64,000 nt of DNA from an uncultured Neisseria sp. (GTDB taxonomy: Bacteria > Pseudomonadota > Gammaproteobacteria > Burkholderiales > UBA11063). The position numbers and the translations under genes were made by a program. The stretch covers positions 22,008-86,007 of the forward strand of contig CAYWWJ010000004.1 in NCBI GenBank assembly GCA_964462055.1. The letters run 5' to 3'. The notes under the pieces are model-generated. The model saw nothing but the letters and a program-made list of their open reading frames with translations, made no database searches and was not told the origin of the DNA. Positions 31,341-40,358 of this stretch are shown here, piece after piece; position 1 is the stretch's first letter, and each line of letters starts with the position of its first letter.

Positions 31341-31819
31341 TACTTCATTCCCAAATGTGGTGCTAATTCGTTAAGTGCTTTGGTGTATACATCTTGTTTA
31401 AAATTTACCACCAATTCTTTTGGTTCCCAATAGTTTATCCAACACCAAGCGTCAAATTCTTGTACTTCAGATGCTCTAAGATTTATATGATAATCTTGTC
31501 CAATAAATTTTAATAAAAACCAAATTTGTTTCTGTCCACGATAATGACCTTTACCATTAAGATTATATCTTCCTGGGACATCGTAATACAGCCAATTTTG
31601 TGTTTGCGCAACTATGCTAACATGGCTTTTTAGTAAGCCAAGCTCTTCATTTAATTCACGAAAAAGTGCTTCTTCCAAAGTTTCTTGTGGCGCAACACCA
31701 CCTTGCGGAAATTGCCAAGAATCTTCGCCTTTACGTCGCCCCCAGAACACTTGATTTTTTGAATTAACTAAAATCATGCCAACATTTGGTCTGTATCCAT
31801 CTTGATCTAACATTAGCAA
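31340..31819 (-). CDS. rppH: RNA pyrophosphohydrolase (Nudix)
   Basis: 159 aa. GYRPNVG N-terminus and Nudix box GGVAPQETLEEALFRELNEELGL. Confidence 0.9.
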   Translation of the reverse strand: MLMLDQDGYRPNVGMILVNSKNQVFWGRRKGEDSWQFPQGGVAPQETLEEALFRELNEELGLLKSHVSIVAQTQNWLYYDVPGRYNLNGKGHYRGQKQIWFLLKFIGQDYHINLRASEVQEFDAWCWINYWEPKELVVNFKQDVYTKALNELAPHLGMK

Positions 31820-32133
31820 ACCTCTTTTGTATGTTTTAAATGCGTGTGATTTGATGTAACCACTGTATTTTATGACAATAGCAAACTCATAAATTTATTG
31901 ACACATTACGTTATTTTATCATAGCTTAGCTTTAGATGGTGTTCAAAAATTTATTCCCTTAGAAGATTTTAAAATAATTACAATCACATAACACATCTAA
32001 TTGAAAATTATGTTATAATACTTCCTTATGCTTATTTTTGTAGCGTAATTCAGGCGATGATACTCAATCACCGTCAGGATATTTATATAAATAAGTAAAT
32101 TAAATATTTATTAAAACATTAGGAGTTTTATTG

Positions 32134-32445
32134 ATGTATGCGGTAATAAAAACCGGTGGCAAACAATACCAAGTTGCTGTCGGCGAAAAATTAAAAATAG
32201 AATCGATACCAGCAGAAGTCGGAAGTCAAATCACCTTTACAGAAGTATTGATGATTACCAACGGTGAAAATGTGGTTATCGGGAATCCGGTAGTTGAAGG
32301 CGGTAACGTGACTGCGTCAGTGGTTAGTATAGGTCGTCATGATAAGATACGTATTTTCAAAATGCGTCGTCGTAAACATTATCAAAAACGTCAAGGACAT
32401 CGTCAGAATTATACTGAGATCCAAATTGACGCGATTAATAATTAA
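32134..32445 (+). CDS. rplU: 50S ribosomal protein L21
   Basis: [14 protein letters not shown].... The track starts one codon earlier at TTG 32131; ATG 32134 is the likely start. Confidence 0.95.
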   Translation: MYAVIKTGGKQYQVAVGEKLKIESIPAEVGSQITFTEVLMITNGENVVIGNPVVEGGNVTASVVSIGRHDKIRIFKMRRRKHYQKRQGHRQNYTEIQIDAINN

Positions 32446-32459
32446 GAAGGAAGACTAAG

Positions 32460-32720
32460 ATGGCACAAAAAAAAGCTGGTGGTAGTTCGCGTAACGGACG
32501 TGACTCAAATCCTAAAATGCTTGGTGTGAAAGCATCTGGTGGAGAATTATTATCCGCAGGTAGCATTATTGTACGCCAACGTGGCACGCAATTTCACCCA
32601 GGTGAAAATGTAGGCATTGGTAAAGATCATACACTATTTGCAAAAGCGGACGGACATGTACAATTTTCTATTGGCGGTAAATTTAATCGTCGTATAGTAA
32701 GTATTGTTCCTGCTGAATAA
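32460..32720 (+). CDS. rpmA: 50S ribosomal protein L27
   Basis: [23 protein letters not shown]...[10 protein letters not shown]. Confidence 0.95.
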   Translation: MAQKKAGGSSRNGRDSNPKMLGVKASGGELLSAGSIIVRQRGTQFHPGENVGIGKDHTLFAKADGHVQFSIGGKFNRRIVSIVPAE

Positions 32721-32750
32721 ATACTTTGAGTATTACTGATCGCATATTAT

Positions 32751-32778
32751 GCCCTACTTTATTGAAGTGGGGCTTTTT
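32751..32778 (+). terminator. Rho-independent terminator after rpmA
   Basis: GCCCTACTT / AAGTGGGGC stem (one G-T pair), 5-nt loop, followed by TTTTT. Confidence 0.7.
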
Positions 32779-32780
32779 AA

Positions 32781-32888
32781 TATACTTAAACAAGTTCAAA
32801 ATAATTGAATTAAACAAGCGACGACACCTATTAATAATAGGTTAGGAGCGCAGTAGAATTCAAGTATGAAGAAATTGTTTAGTATATA
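32781..32888. mobile_element. family-B MITE-like repeat (~108 bp), copy 1, upstream of smc
   Basis: Matches the reverse complement of 57860-57967 over about 105 bp. Terminal inverted repeat TATACT(T/C)AAACAA, and a central hairpin ACCTATT-AAT-AATAGGT. Confidence 0.8.
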
Positions 32889-32921
32889 CTCTTCTTTGTC
32901 TTTGAATCTAGGTCTAATAAA

Positions 32922-35900
32922 ATGAAGCTACGCAATATCAAATTATCAGGGTTTAAATCTTTTGCCACTGCAACTAATATTGAGGTACGTGGTCAATTAG
33001 TTGGCGTTGTTGGACCAAATGGATGTGGTAAATCAAATGTGATCGACGCCGTGCGCTGGGTACTTGGCGAAAGCTCGGCGAAACAATTGCGTGGTGAATC
33101 AATGCAAGACGTTATTTTCAATGGTTCATTAAACCGCACACCTGTATCACGTGCGCATGTTGAATTGATTTTCGACAATAACGCAAAGCTCGCAAATGGA
33201 CTGTGGAATAGCTACGATGAGATTTCAATTAAGCGAATGTTAACTCGCCAAGGTGAATCAATTTATTACATAAATAATCAAACAGTGCGTAGAAAAGATA
33301 TTACAGATTTATTTCTGGGTACAGGCGTTGGCAATAAAGGATACGCCGTAATTGAGCAAGGAATGATTTCGCGGATAATTGAGTCTCGTCCTGAAGAATT
33401 ACGTATGTATTTAGAAGAAGCATCAGGCGTGTCCAAATATCGCGAGCGACGCAAAGAAACGCTTACACGATTAAACGATGCAAAAGAAAATTTAATTCGC
33501 CTTGAAGATATAAATAGTGAATTAATTAAGCAAGTTGAAAGCCTTGAAGAACAAGCCAAAACTGCTAAAAAATATCAAGAATTACAAGGTATCTTGGAGC
33601 ATAAAAAAGTTATTTCTATTGCTATTAAAGCAAATGAAGCAAATGAATTACTTAATTTAGCTAAGCAAAATATACAAGAATTCGAAGCCGAATTAAGTCT
33701 GCTTGGCGATCAATTAGCTGAGACAAATCATATTTTAGACGAAGCAAATCAAGATAAACAACAAAAAGAGCAAGAATTGCACAATACGATGATGCAATTT
33801 AATACATTACGCACAAATTTGGCGCGCGTCGAAGAACGTAATCGGCATTATAGCGATTTACTCAAGCGTTTTGCCAGCGAATCACATAATTTAACTGTCG
33901 AAGAACAAGAATTAAGCCAGCAACTCGAGTCAATAAATGAAGAAATTAGCATTTTAGATGAACAAATCGAAGAAATTAGCTACAAACATGAAGAAAAAGC
34001 TTTGCTAAAAGAAGAAAAAACATTAATATTACTTACATCAGAAGAATCTCATGTTAAATCTAGTGCGAATGTACAGGGAATTAGTAGCCAATATTCACAA
34101 TTCAAGCACGAATTAGATTTATTAAAAAATAACGTTCAGCATAAAAAACAGCAAGCAAGCAATTTAGGTATTCGTTTGCAGCGGCTAGAACAAGAAACGC
34201 AGGGCTTAGATTTTAATCAAGATTATTTTTCTTTGCAACATGATATTGATGAGATAAATAAATTTCTTATAACAACAACTGCGACAATACAGACTTCAAA
34301 ACACAGTATTCATGAAACGCAAAATGAGAAAGATATTATTTATACACAAATTAATAATACCAAGTCAGATATTGCAAGCCTTGCTGGGCAAATAAGCACA
34401 TTGGAGAATATATTAAACCAACAGCAAACGGCAGATTTTGATGTAAGTAAATTATTAAACAATGCAGAAATTGAGACTAGATTATGGCAGGCTATAACTG
34501 TGGAAAATGGCTATGAATTGGCGTGTGAGGTAGCGTTGGGCAATATTCTAATGGCTTATGGAGTGGAAAAATTTGGCGATTATACCACAATTCCAGATAG
34601 TAAATTAGCTTTGTGGACTTGTAAAAATAGTCTAAATACGAATGAAGTTGCAAATAAAAATACGGCAAAATTGTCGTCTAAAATACAGATTAGTAATAAA
34701 TTATTTCATAATATTTATGATTTATTGGATCAATATTATATTGTTGATGATTATAAAAAAGCATTACAGATGCTACCGAAATTAACCACGAATGAGAAAA
34801 TTATTACCAAAGAGGGACATTTGTTAAGTAATGATTACGTAATTTTTAATGCTGCACATAAACAAGATAATATTTTGGAGCACAAAAATAAGCTAGAAGC
34901 TTTGAAGCTAGAACAAGAGAATGTAGAGCTTAAGTTAAGTGATTTATCGCAAAATTTGGCGGGAATAAATTCCGCGTTGAGTGAAAATCAAGGCAAATTA
35001 GCGGTGTTGGAGGCGGAGCTAAATACGCAACAACAGAAATTATATTCCACGCAATTGGAATTTTCCACGCAAGAACAAATTTACTTGCAAAATAAGCGCC
35101 ACCAAGACAAATTAACTCAAGAGATAACGTTGTTGCGCCAAGAAATAAGCTATATTGATGATGAGATTGCTAGCTTGGAGGTGCAGGTTGAAGATCGGGT
35201 GTTTAAATTAGATGATGTAGAAAATATGCAACAAGATTTGGAGCTGAAGCAATTAGATAGTTTAACTGCGTTTAATTTGGCTAAGTCCAGTGTGGCGGGA
35301 ATTGATGCTGAGATTAATCAGATTATTATAGATGGGCAGTTGCTAAGACAAAAACGGCAAAATCTAAATAATTTTATTCAAGATAAGCAGCAACAAATCG
35401 CCCAAGCCAAGCAAAAATTAGTTGCATTAAGCGCAGAAAAAAATGCATTAAACAATAATGATGCTGCCAATGAAATAGAGGTACTACAGCAAGATGTAGC
35501 AACTCATGCAACAAAAATGCAAGATATTCAGGAGCTATTGAACAAGCTGAATAATAAAATCGCTACAATAAGAAATAAAGCTACAACGTTTAATACAACA
35601 TATCATAAATTACAAGAGAAAATTAATCAAGCTAAGTTTAAAGAGCAAGAACAGCTGATTTTATTAAAAACACATAATGAAAATTTGCTGGAACATAAAT
35701 TAGAACCTGCGCAATTAAATGAATTATTGGCGGAAAATAAATTTACCGTGGCGGAATTACAAGATCAAATTTGGAATATCAATAAACAGATTGAGGTTCT
35801 TGGATTAGTAAATTTAAAAGCAATTGAGGATTTGGAGATTGCAAGTAGCAAGTATAAGGAATTATTGGATCAAGTTACTGATTTGACGCAAGCAATTGCT

Positions 35901-36404
35901 TCTTTGGAGTCTGCGATTGTCCATATTGATGAACAAACGCGAACGCTAATGCAAGATACTTTTGATAAGCTAAACCTGTCGATTGACGTTTATTTCAAAA
36001 CTTTATTTGCTGGTGGAAGTGCTAATTTGGCATTAACCGATGCGGATATTCTGGTTGCTGGACTGCAAATATTTGCCCAACCACCAGGTAAAAAAAATAG
36101 CTCAATTCATTTATTATCTGGCGGTGAAAAGGCGCTGACCGCAATGAGTTTGGTATTTGCATTGTTTAATTTGAATCCAGCGCCATTTTGTTTACTTGAT
36201 GAAGTTGATGCGCCACTTGATGACGCAAATACCTCTCGATTTTGTAATCTAGTCAAAGAATTGTCAGATAAAACACAGTTTATGTATATTTCACATAATC
36301 GGCTTGCAATGGAAATGGCAGATCAATTAGTCGGAGTTACCATGCAAGAAAAAGGGGTTTCAACTATGGTTAGCGTGAGTTTGAGCTCAATAGTTAATAT
36401 ATAA
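32922..36404 (+). CDS. smc: chromosome segregation protein SMC
   Basis: 1160 aa. N-terminal Walker A GPNGCGKSN, a long coiled coil with a hinge, the C-terminal signature LSGGEKALTA and Walker B LLDEVDAPLD. Confidence 0.95.
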   Translation: MKLRNIKLSGFKSFATATNIEVRGQLVGVVGPNGCGKSNVIDAVRWVLGESSAKQLRGESMQDVIFNGSLNRTPVSRAHVELIFDNNAKLANGLWNSYDEISIKRMLTRQGESIYYINNQTVRRKDITDLFLGTGVGNKGYAVIEQGMISRIIESRPEELRMYLEEASGVSKYRERRKETLTRLNDAKENLIRLEDINSELIKQVESLEEQAKTAKKYQELQGILEHKKVISIAIKANEANELLNLAKQNIQEFEAELSLLGDQLAETNHILDEANQDKQQKEQELHNTMMQFNTLRTNLARVEERNRHYSDLLKRFASESHNLTVEEQELSQQLESINEEISILDEQIEEISYKHEEKALLKEEKTLILLTSEESHVKSSANVQGISSQYSQFKHELDLLKNNVQHKKQQASNLGIRLQRLEQETQGLDFNQDYFSLQHDIDEINKFLITTTATIQTSKHSIHETQNEKDIIYTQINNTKSDIASLAGQISTLENILNQQQTADFDVSKLLNNAEIETRLWQAITVENGYELACEVALGNILMAYGVEKFGDYTTIPDSKLALWTCKNSLNTNEVANKNTAKLSSKIQISNKLFHNIYDLLDQYYIVDDYKKALQMLPKLTTNEKIITKEGHLLSNDYVIFNAAHKQDNILEHKNKLEALKLEQENVELKLSDLSQNLAGINSALSENQGKLAVLEAELNTQQQKLYSTQLEFSTQEQIYLQNKRHQDKLTQEITLLRQEISYIDDEIASLEVQVEDRVFKLDDVENMQQDLELKQLDSLTAFNLAKSSVAGIDAEINQIIIDGQLLRQKRQNLNNFIQDKQQQIAQAKQKLVALSAEKNALNNNDAANEIEVLQQDVATHATKMQDIQELLNKLNNKIATIRNKATTFNTTYHKLQEKINQAKFKEQEQLILLKTHNENLLEHKLEPAQLNELLAENKFTVAELQDQIWNINKQIEVLGLVNLKAIEDLEIASSKYKELLDQVTDLTQAIASLESAIVHIDEQTRTLMQDTFDKLNLSIDVYFKTLFAGGSANLALTDADILVAGLQIFAQPPGKKNSSIHLLSGGEKALTAMSLVFALFNLNPAPFCLLDEVDAPLDDANTSRFCNLVKELSDKTQFMYISHNRLAMEMADQLVGVTMQEKGVSTMVSVSLSSIVNI

Positions 36405-36438
36405 GCTTAACTCAAACTTATAAAAGTGTAGCCTCAGA

Positions 36439-37089
36439 TTATAATATGTTATTATCTAAAGTATCAATACTACTTAATGAATTAGATCTATTTTTAGCAG
36501 ACTTATTTGAATCAGTATCAGATGTATCTAAAACTACTAAACGTCTTTTTGTAGGTCTATCATCACTATTATATCTCCTATTATTAGGAGTATCATCATT
36601 TGTCGGTAATGCATCTAAGAGAGATTGAGTATTAAATGCGGTTACATCTTCATCTAAAAATTGATTTACTTGCCCTAACAATGCTGAATAATTAATCTTG
36701 TTTTCTTCACTGGATTCTGGCAATGTTTCATTAACCGCTCGTAGGAAATCCTCTAGCAAGTCATCACAATAAGAATTATCAACCTTTATATCTAAACCGT
36801 TTTCATATGTAAATTCTAATAACTCAGGTAAATCTGGAATACCACCTGTTTCCACATAATGTGCTAAAATAATCCCACATACTTGCTTCCCAGTTGTTAT
36901 TATTGCTTTATCTTCTGCTGTCCATACGCTATTATCGCTATTTAATTTGGCAATAGCATCTGATAATGACCTGCCATCCATGATATTATCAATAAATTCA
37001 GATAGCTTATTTTGAATAGTAGTCAGCTCATCGCGATTACCTGCGACACAGGTTGTTGGAATATAATAATTAGAAATTCTCGGGCTCAT
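36439..37089 (-). CDS. hypothetical acidic protein with a basic patch and a Ser/Thr/Asn-rich tail
   Basis: 216 aa, no recognised domain. The C-terminus reads ...DRPTKRRLVVLDTSDTDSNKSAKNRSNSLSSIDTLDNNIL. Confidence 0.55.
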   Translation of the reverse strand: MSPRISNYYIPTTCVAGNRDELTTIQNKLSEFIDNIMDGRSLSDAIAKLNSDNSVWTAEDKAIITTGKQVCGIILAHYVETGGIPDLPELLEFTYENGLDIKVDNSYCDDLLEDFLRAVNETLPESSEENKINYSALLGQVNQFLDEDVTAFNTQSLLDALPTNDDTPNNRRYNSDDRPTKRRLVVLDTSDTDSNKSAKNRSNSLSSIDTLDNNIL

Positions 37090-37448
37090 AATGAATACTT
37101 TTTAAAAATGTTATTGTTAAATGTTTACTATGTCAATCGTCATAAATCCTTGATAATGTTATGGTTTTAACGATTATTTTATCAAAAAAATTGTTGACGG
37201 GATTTTTTATTTGTACCTATTCATCAAAACCAAAAACTGAATTATTTTTTACTGCGTCTCTTCTTGTATCAATACATAGCATGAACCAATCAAAGGCTTC
37301 GACTATTATTATTTAGTCCAATTTTTAATTACAAGTTGCGTATTATATAGGATTCAGAGGTGATTGTCTATAACATTTTTGTGTGGTATCAACCTGATTT
37401 AAAAATATACAGAAACGCTGGAGAGCCAATTTAAAGGCTAACCCAGCC

Positions 37449-38891
37449 TTAACCTACAATCACAATCCTCAAAGATCGTACCGAAATTAATTTACGTATA
37501 TCCCCGTTGAATCCTGTGCCCACTTGTTGCCAATTTATACCATCCCAACGGGCAACATATTGTTGATTATTATTGGTGAAATCACCTGCAACATATACAT
37601 TGTTACCCGATATAGATGTTGTGTTTATGATATCATTGAATCCCGCGCCCAATTGTTGCCAATTTATACCATTCCAACGGGCGACATATCGTTGATTGTT
37701 ATTATTGATAAAATTCCCCGCTGCATATATGTTATTGCCCGCTATAGATATTGTGTTTATCATAGCATTAAGCCCTGCTCCCAATTGTTGCCAATTTAAA
37801 CCATTCCAACGAGCAACATATTGTTGATTGTTATTATTTGTAAAATCCCCCGCGGCATATATATTATTGCCTGCTATAGTTATTGTGGTTATCAGATCAT
37901 TAAATCCTGCACCCAATTGTTGCCAATTTATACCATCCCAACGGGCAACATATTGTTGATTGTTATTATTTGTAAAATTCCCTGCAACATATATATTATT
38001 GCCCGCTATGGCTATGCTGTTTACCCCATCATTGAATCCTGTACCCAATTGTTGCCAATTTAGACCATCCCAACGAGCAACATATGGTTGATTGTTATTA
38101 TTTGTAAAATCCCCCGCTGCATATATGTTATTGCCTGCTATGGTTATTGTTTCTATCCAATCGTTAAATCCCGCGCCCAATTGTTGCCAATTTATACCAT
38201 CCCAACGAGCTACATAGTGCTGATTGTTATTATTTGTAAAATCCCCCGCCGCATATAATTCACTGGTATCACGCACCAATAGCCGAAGAGCTTGAGCTTT
38301 AGTAATGACCACATTTGTGTTTTTCTTATTTTGCTGTAGTTTATTTTTTTTAATTCCCTTAACAAGCAACGTGATGGTCACATGTTTATCGCCCACAGTA
38401 CCGGTTTTATTTTTTGTATCAATTAAGCCTTTTGAAACCATTCGTATACTACATTGGGTATTATACACAGATAGTGCTATTCCATCAATACATTCTTTAT
38501 CCACATCCTTCGATGACACCTTTACTCCAAGCTTCGCAAAGCTTGATATAATATCAGGCATCATTACTTCTTCTACATCCTTATTGCTTGGATTAAATGT
38601 AAAAGTTAGTATTGAACCATGAACCTGTGTATCATTAATTGTTATTTTTAAAACTTTAGAACATTCATTCTCATCATAAACTTCATATTCATGTGTTATT
38701 ATTCCAGATAGATCATGATGTAAACTATCTGTGTAGTTCTTGTTATCCATATACATTTCTTTGATACATTTTTTATTGTATTCAGTAGAAGTTAATGGCG
38801 GAATATCGTATCCATCTGCTAAAGCAAAATCAATACTATTTAACGTTATCAGCAATATAAAAATTCGAAGGAATTTGCGACTGTATTTCAT
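37449..38891 (-). CDS. exported protein with six tandem 43-44-aa propeller-type repeats
   Basis: 480 aa with a signal peptide. The N-terminal ~200 aa are unique, followed by 6 copies of AGDFTNNNNQxYVARW(D/N)G(I/L)NWQQLGxGFNDxIxTIxIAGNNIY. Confidence 0.75.
   Translation of the reverse strand: MKYSRKFLRIFILLITLNSIDFALADGYDIPPLTSTEYNKKCIKEMYMDNKNYTDSLHHDLSGIITHEYEVYDENECSKVLKITINDTQVHGSILTFTFNPSNKDVEEVMMPDIISSFAKLGVKVSSKDVDKECIDGIALSVYNTQCSIRMVSKGLIDTKNKTGTVGDKHVTITLLVKGIKKNKLQQNKKNTNVVITKAQALRLLVRDTSELYAAGDFTNNNNQHYVARWDGINWQQLGAGFNDWIETITIAGNNIYAAGDFTNNNNQPYVARWDGLNWQQLGTGFNDGVNSIAIAGNNIYVAGNFTNNNNQQYVARWDGINWQQLGAGFNDLITTITIAGNNIYAAGDFTNNNNQQYVARWNGLNWQQLGAGLNAMINTISIAGNNIYAAGNFINNNNQRYVARWNGINWQQLGAGFNDIINTTSISGNNVYVAGDFTNNNQQYVARWDGINWQQVGTGFNGDIRKLISVRSLRIVIVG
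37500..38290. repeat. tandem 129-132-bp DNA repeats (coding, inside the 480-aa gene)
   Basis: The anchor CA(A/C)TTGTTGCCAATTTA recurs at 37521, 37650, 37782, 37914, 38046 and 38178. The units are highly similar at the nucleotide level. Confidence 0.85.
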
Positions 38892-38959
38892 TATGGTTTC
38901 CTATTAGTACATGAGAAGAAAATCTTCTTGTGTTATTACTACTTATTTCATACTGTTAT

Positions 38960-38991
38960 AAAAATGCTTGGAATTGAACCAAGCATTTTTT
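38960..38991. terminator. bidirectional hairpin terminator between the 356-aa and 480-aa genes
   Basis: AAAAATGCTTGG-AATTGAA-CCAAGCATTTTT: a perfect 12-bp stem flanked by A and T runs, 11 nt downstream of the stop at 39002. Confidence 0.75.
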
Positions 38992-39001
38992 ACCAAAAGT
39001 T

Positions 39002-40072
39002 TTATTGGGGAACAGTTGCAAGGTAAGGCACGACCACCGATCCTAAGTTTAGAAGATAAACTCCAAGTATGTTATTCAAATAAACTGTATTCGCTGATGT
39101 TGTAATCGCCGATGGATAGCTTACATCGACCCATATAGCGTCACCAAATGTACCATCAGAATTACGCGGTATATTCACAAATGAAGCCACTTCATTATTT
39201 GATGTGCCAAAATTAAGTGAAAATGAGTCTGCCGCGACATTGTAGCCATTTGTGGTTGCTGCAGTAATACCTTCAAAATGGGTAATTATGCCAGTGCTTG
39301 ATGCAATATTATGATAAATAAATGATTTCCAGTTGGATGTAGTATGGGTGCTAGAATCATAATCAACAATATATCCCATATCCAGACCACCTTCATTTAC
39401 TAAACTATAACCACCAACTATAGTATAACTAGTACCGCCATTCCACCAAATACCATAGGCTGTCATACTCATCGCACCTGGGTAGGTAAGGATTTCATAG
39501 CTATTTGATTCAATATCATAAATAAAAGCTTTACCAGTTGGTAAATGTATATCATAATTACCTACCACTAAATTACCCATCACACTATGGGCAATGGTAT
39601 ATAAAACACTTTCTGTTGATAGAGATTGTGGTGTTATTGATACCCAACTTTCTGTTGCTTTGGTAAATAATAAGCCATGACTGTAGCTTTCGTTATTTAA
39701 CGTATAGCTACCTACAACTCTAAATCCTGAGGATTCCCAATTGTCTGGCCCGTAAAATGAAGTGTCTGAAGCGCCAGGATAGGCGTACGATTCACAGATT
39801 CCCACACTCTCACCGTCATATAGCGGTCCAGTATATATTAATCCTATATTACCAGATTCTGTCGTAGCAAAGCCACTAATATAAACATTACTTGAATTGC
39901 CACTTACCCCACGAATACCAGTTATTGGCGTAGCCACACTCAATCCAGCAGAGTTGCATGTATTAGTAATTGACAAAGCTTGATAATTAATTGATGATGA
40001 TGATCCAGAACTGGACCCGCCATTACAAGCAATAAATAAGAAACAAATTAGGTACAAACAAAAAATTTTCAC
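39002..40072 (-). CDS. lipoprotein with propeller-like repeats
   Basis: 356 aa with a lipobox (LFIACNGG) followed by a Ser-rich linker. Recurrent motifs: GFRVVGSY / GNLVVGNY / YTIVGGY blades. Confidence 0.65.
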   Translation of the reverse strand: MKIFCLYLICFLFIACNGGSSSGSSSSINYQALSITNTCNSAGLSVATPITGIRGVSGNSSNVYISGFATTESGNIGLIYTGPLYDGESVGICESYAYPGASDTSFYGPDNWESSGFRVVGSYTLNNESYSHGLLFTKATESWVSITPQSLSTESVLYTIAHSVMGNLVVGNYDIHLPTGKAFIYDIESNSYEILTYPGAMSMTAYGIWWNGGTSYTIVGGYSLVNEGGLDMGYIVDYDSSTHTTSNWKSFIYHNIASSTGIITHFEGITAATTNGYNVAADSFSLNFGTSNNEVASFVNIPRNSDGTFGDAIWVDVSYPSAITTSANTVYLNNILGVYLLNLGSVVVPYLATVPQ

Positions 40073-40358
40073 GAAGCTCTCCTTTATTTATATATGATAA
40101 AACGTATTGGAAATTATATGAAAACATGAGCTGTAGATTTAGTAATAATTAGATGGCTCTCAGGTGCAACTTACTAGGATGGTATTGTACCACTGTTTAA
40201 GCACATGTAGTTAAAATAAAACAATCTCCTTCTCAAATTTCATGTTAAGATTACGACTTTAAAAATATTTAAATATATTTAGAAGTAAGTCAAAATTACA
40301 TTATTTAAATCTTAAAATTAATTAAAACACATAGATAATTTACAACAGGTGCAATGGA

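Noticed and set aside
37524-38063. Plus-strand ORFs 37524-37799 and 37821-38063 with repetitive translations, and a possible CRISPR-like periodicity
   Set aside because: They are antisense shadows of the 129-132-bp coding tandem repeats of the minus-strand gene. The units are contiguous with no unique spacers, so this is not a CRISPR array.
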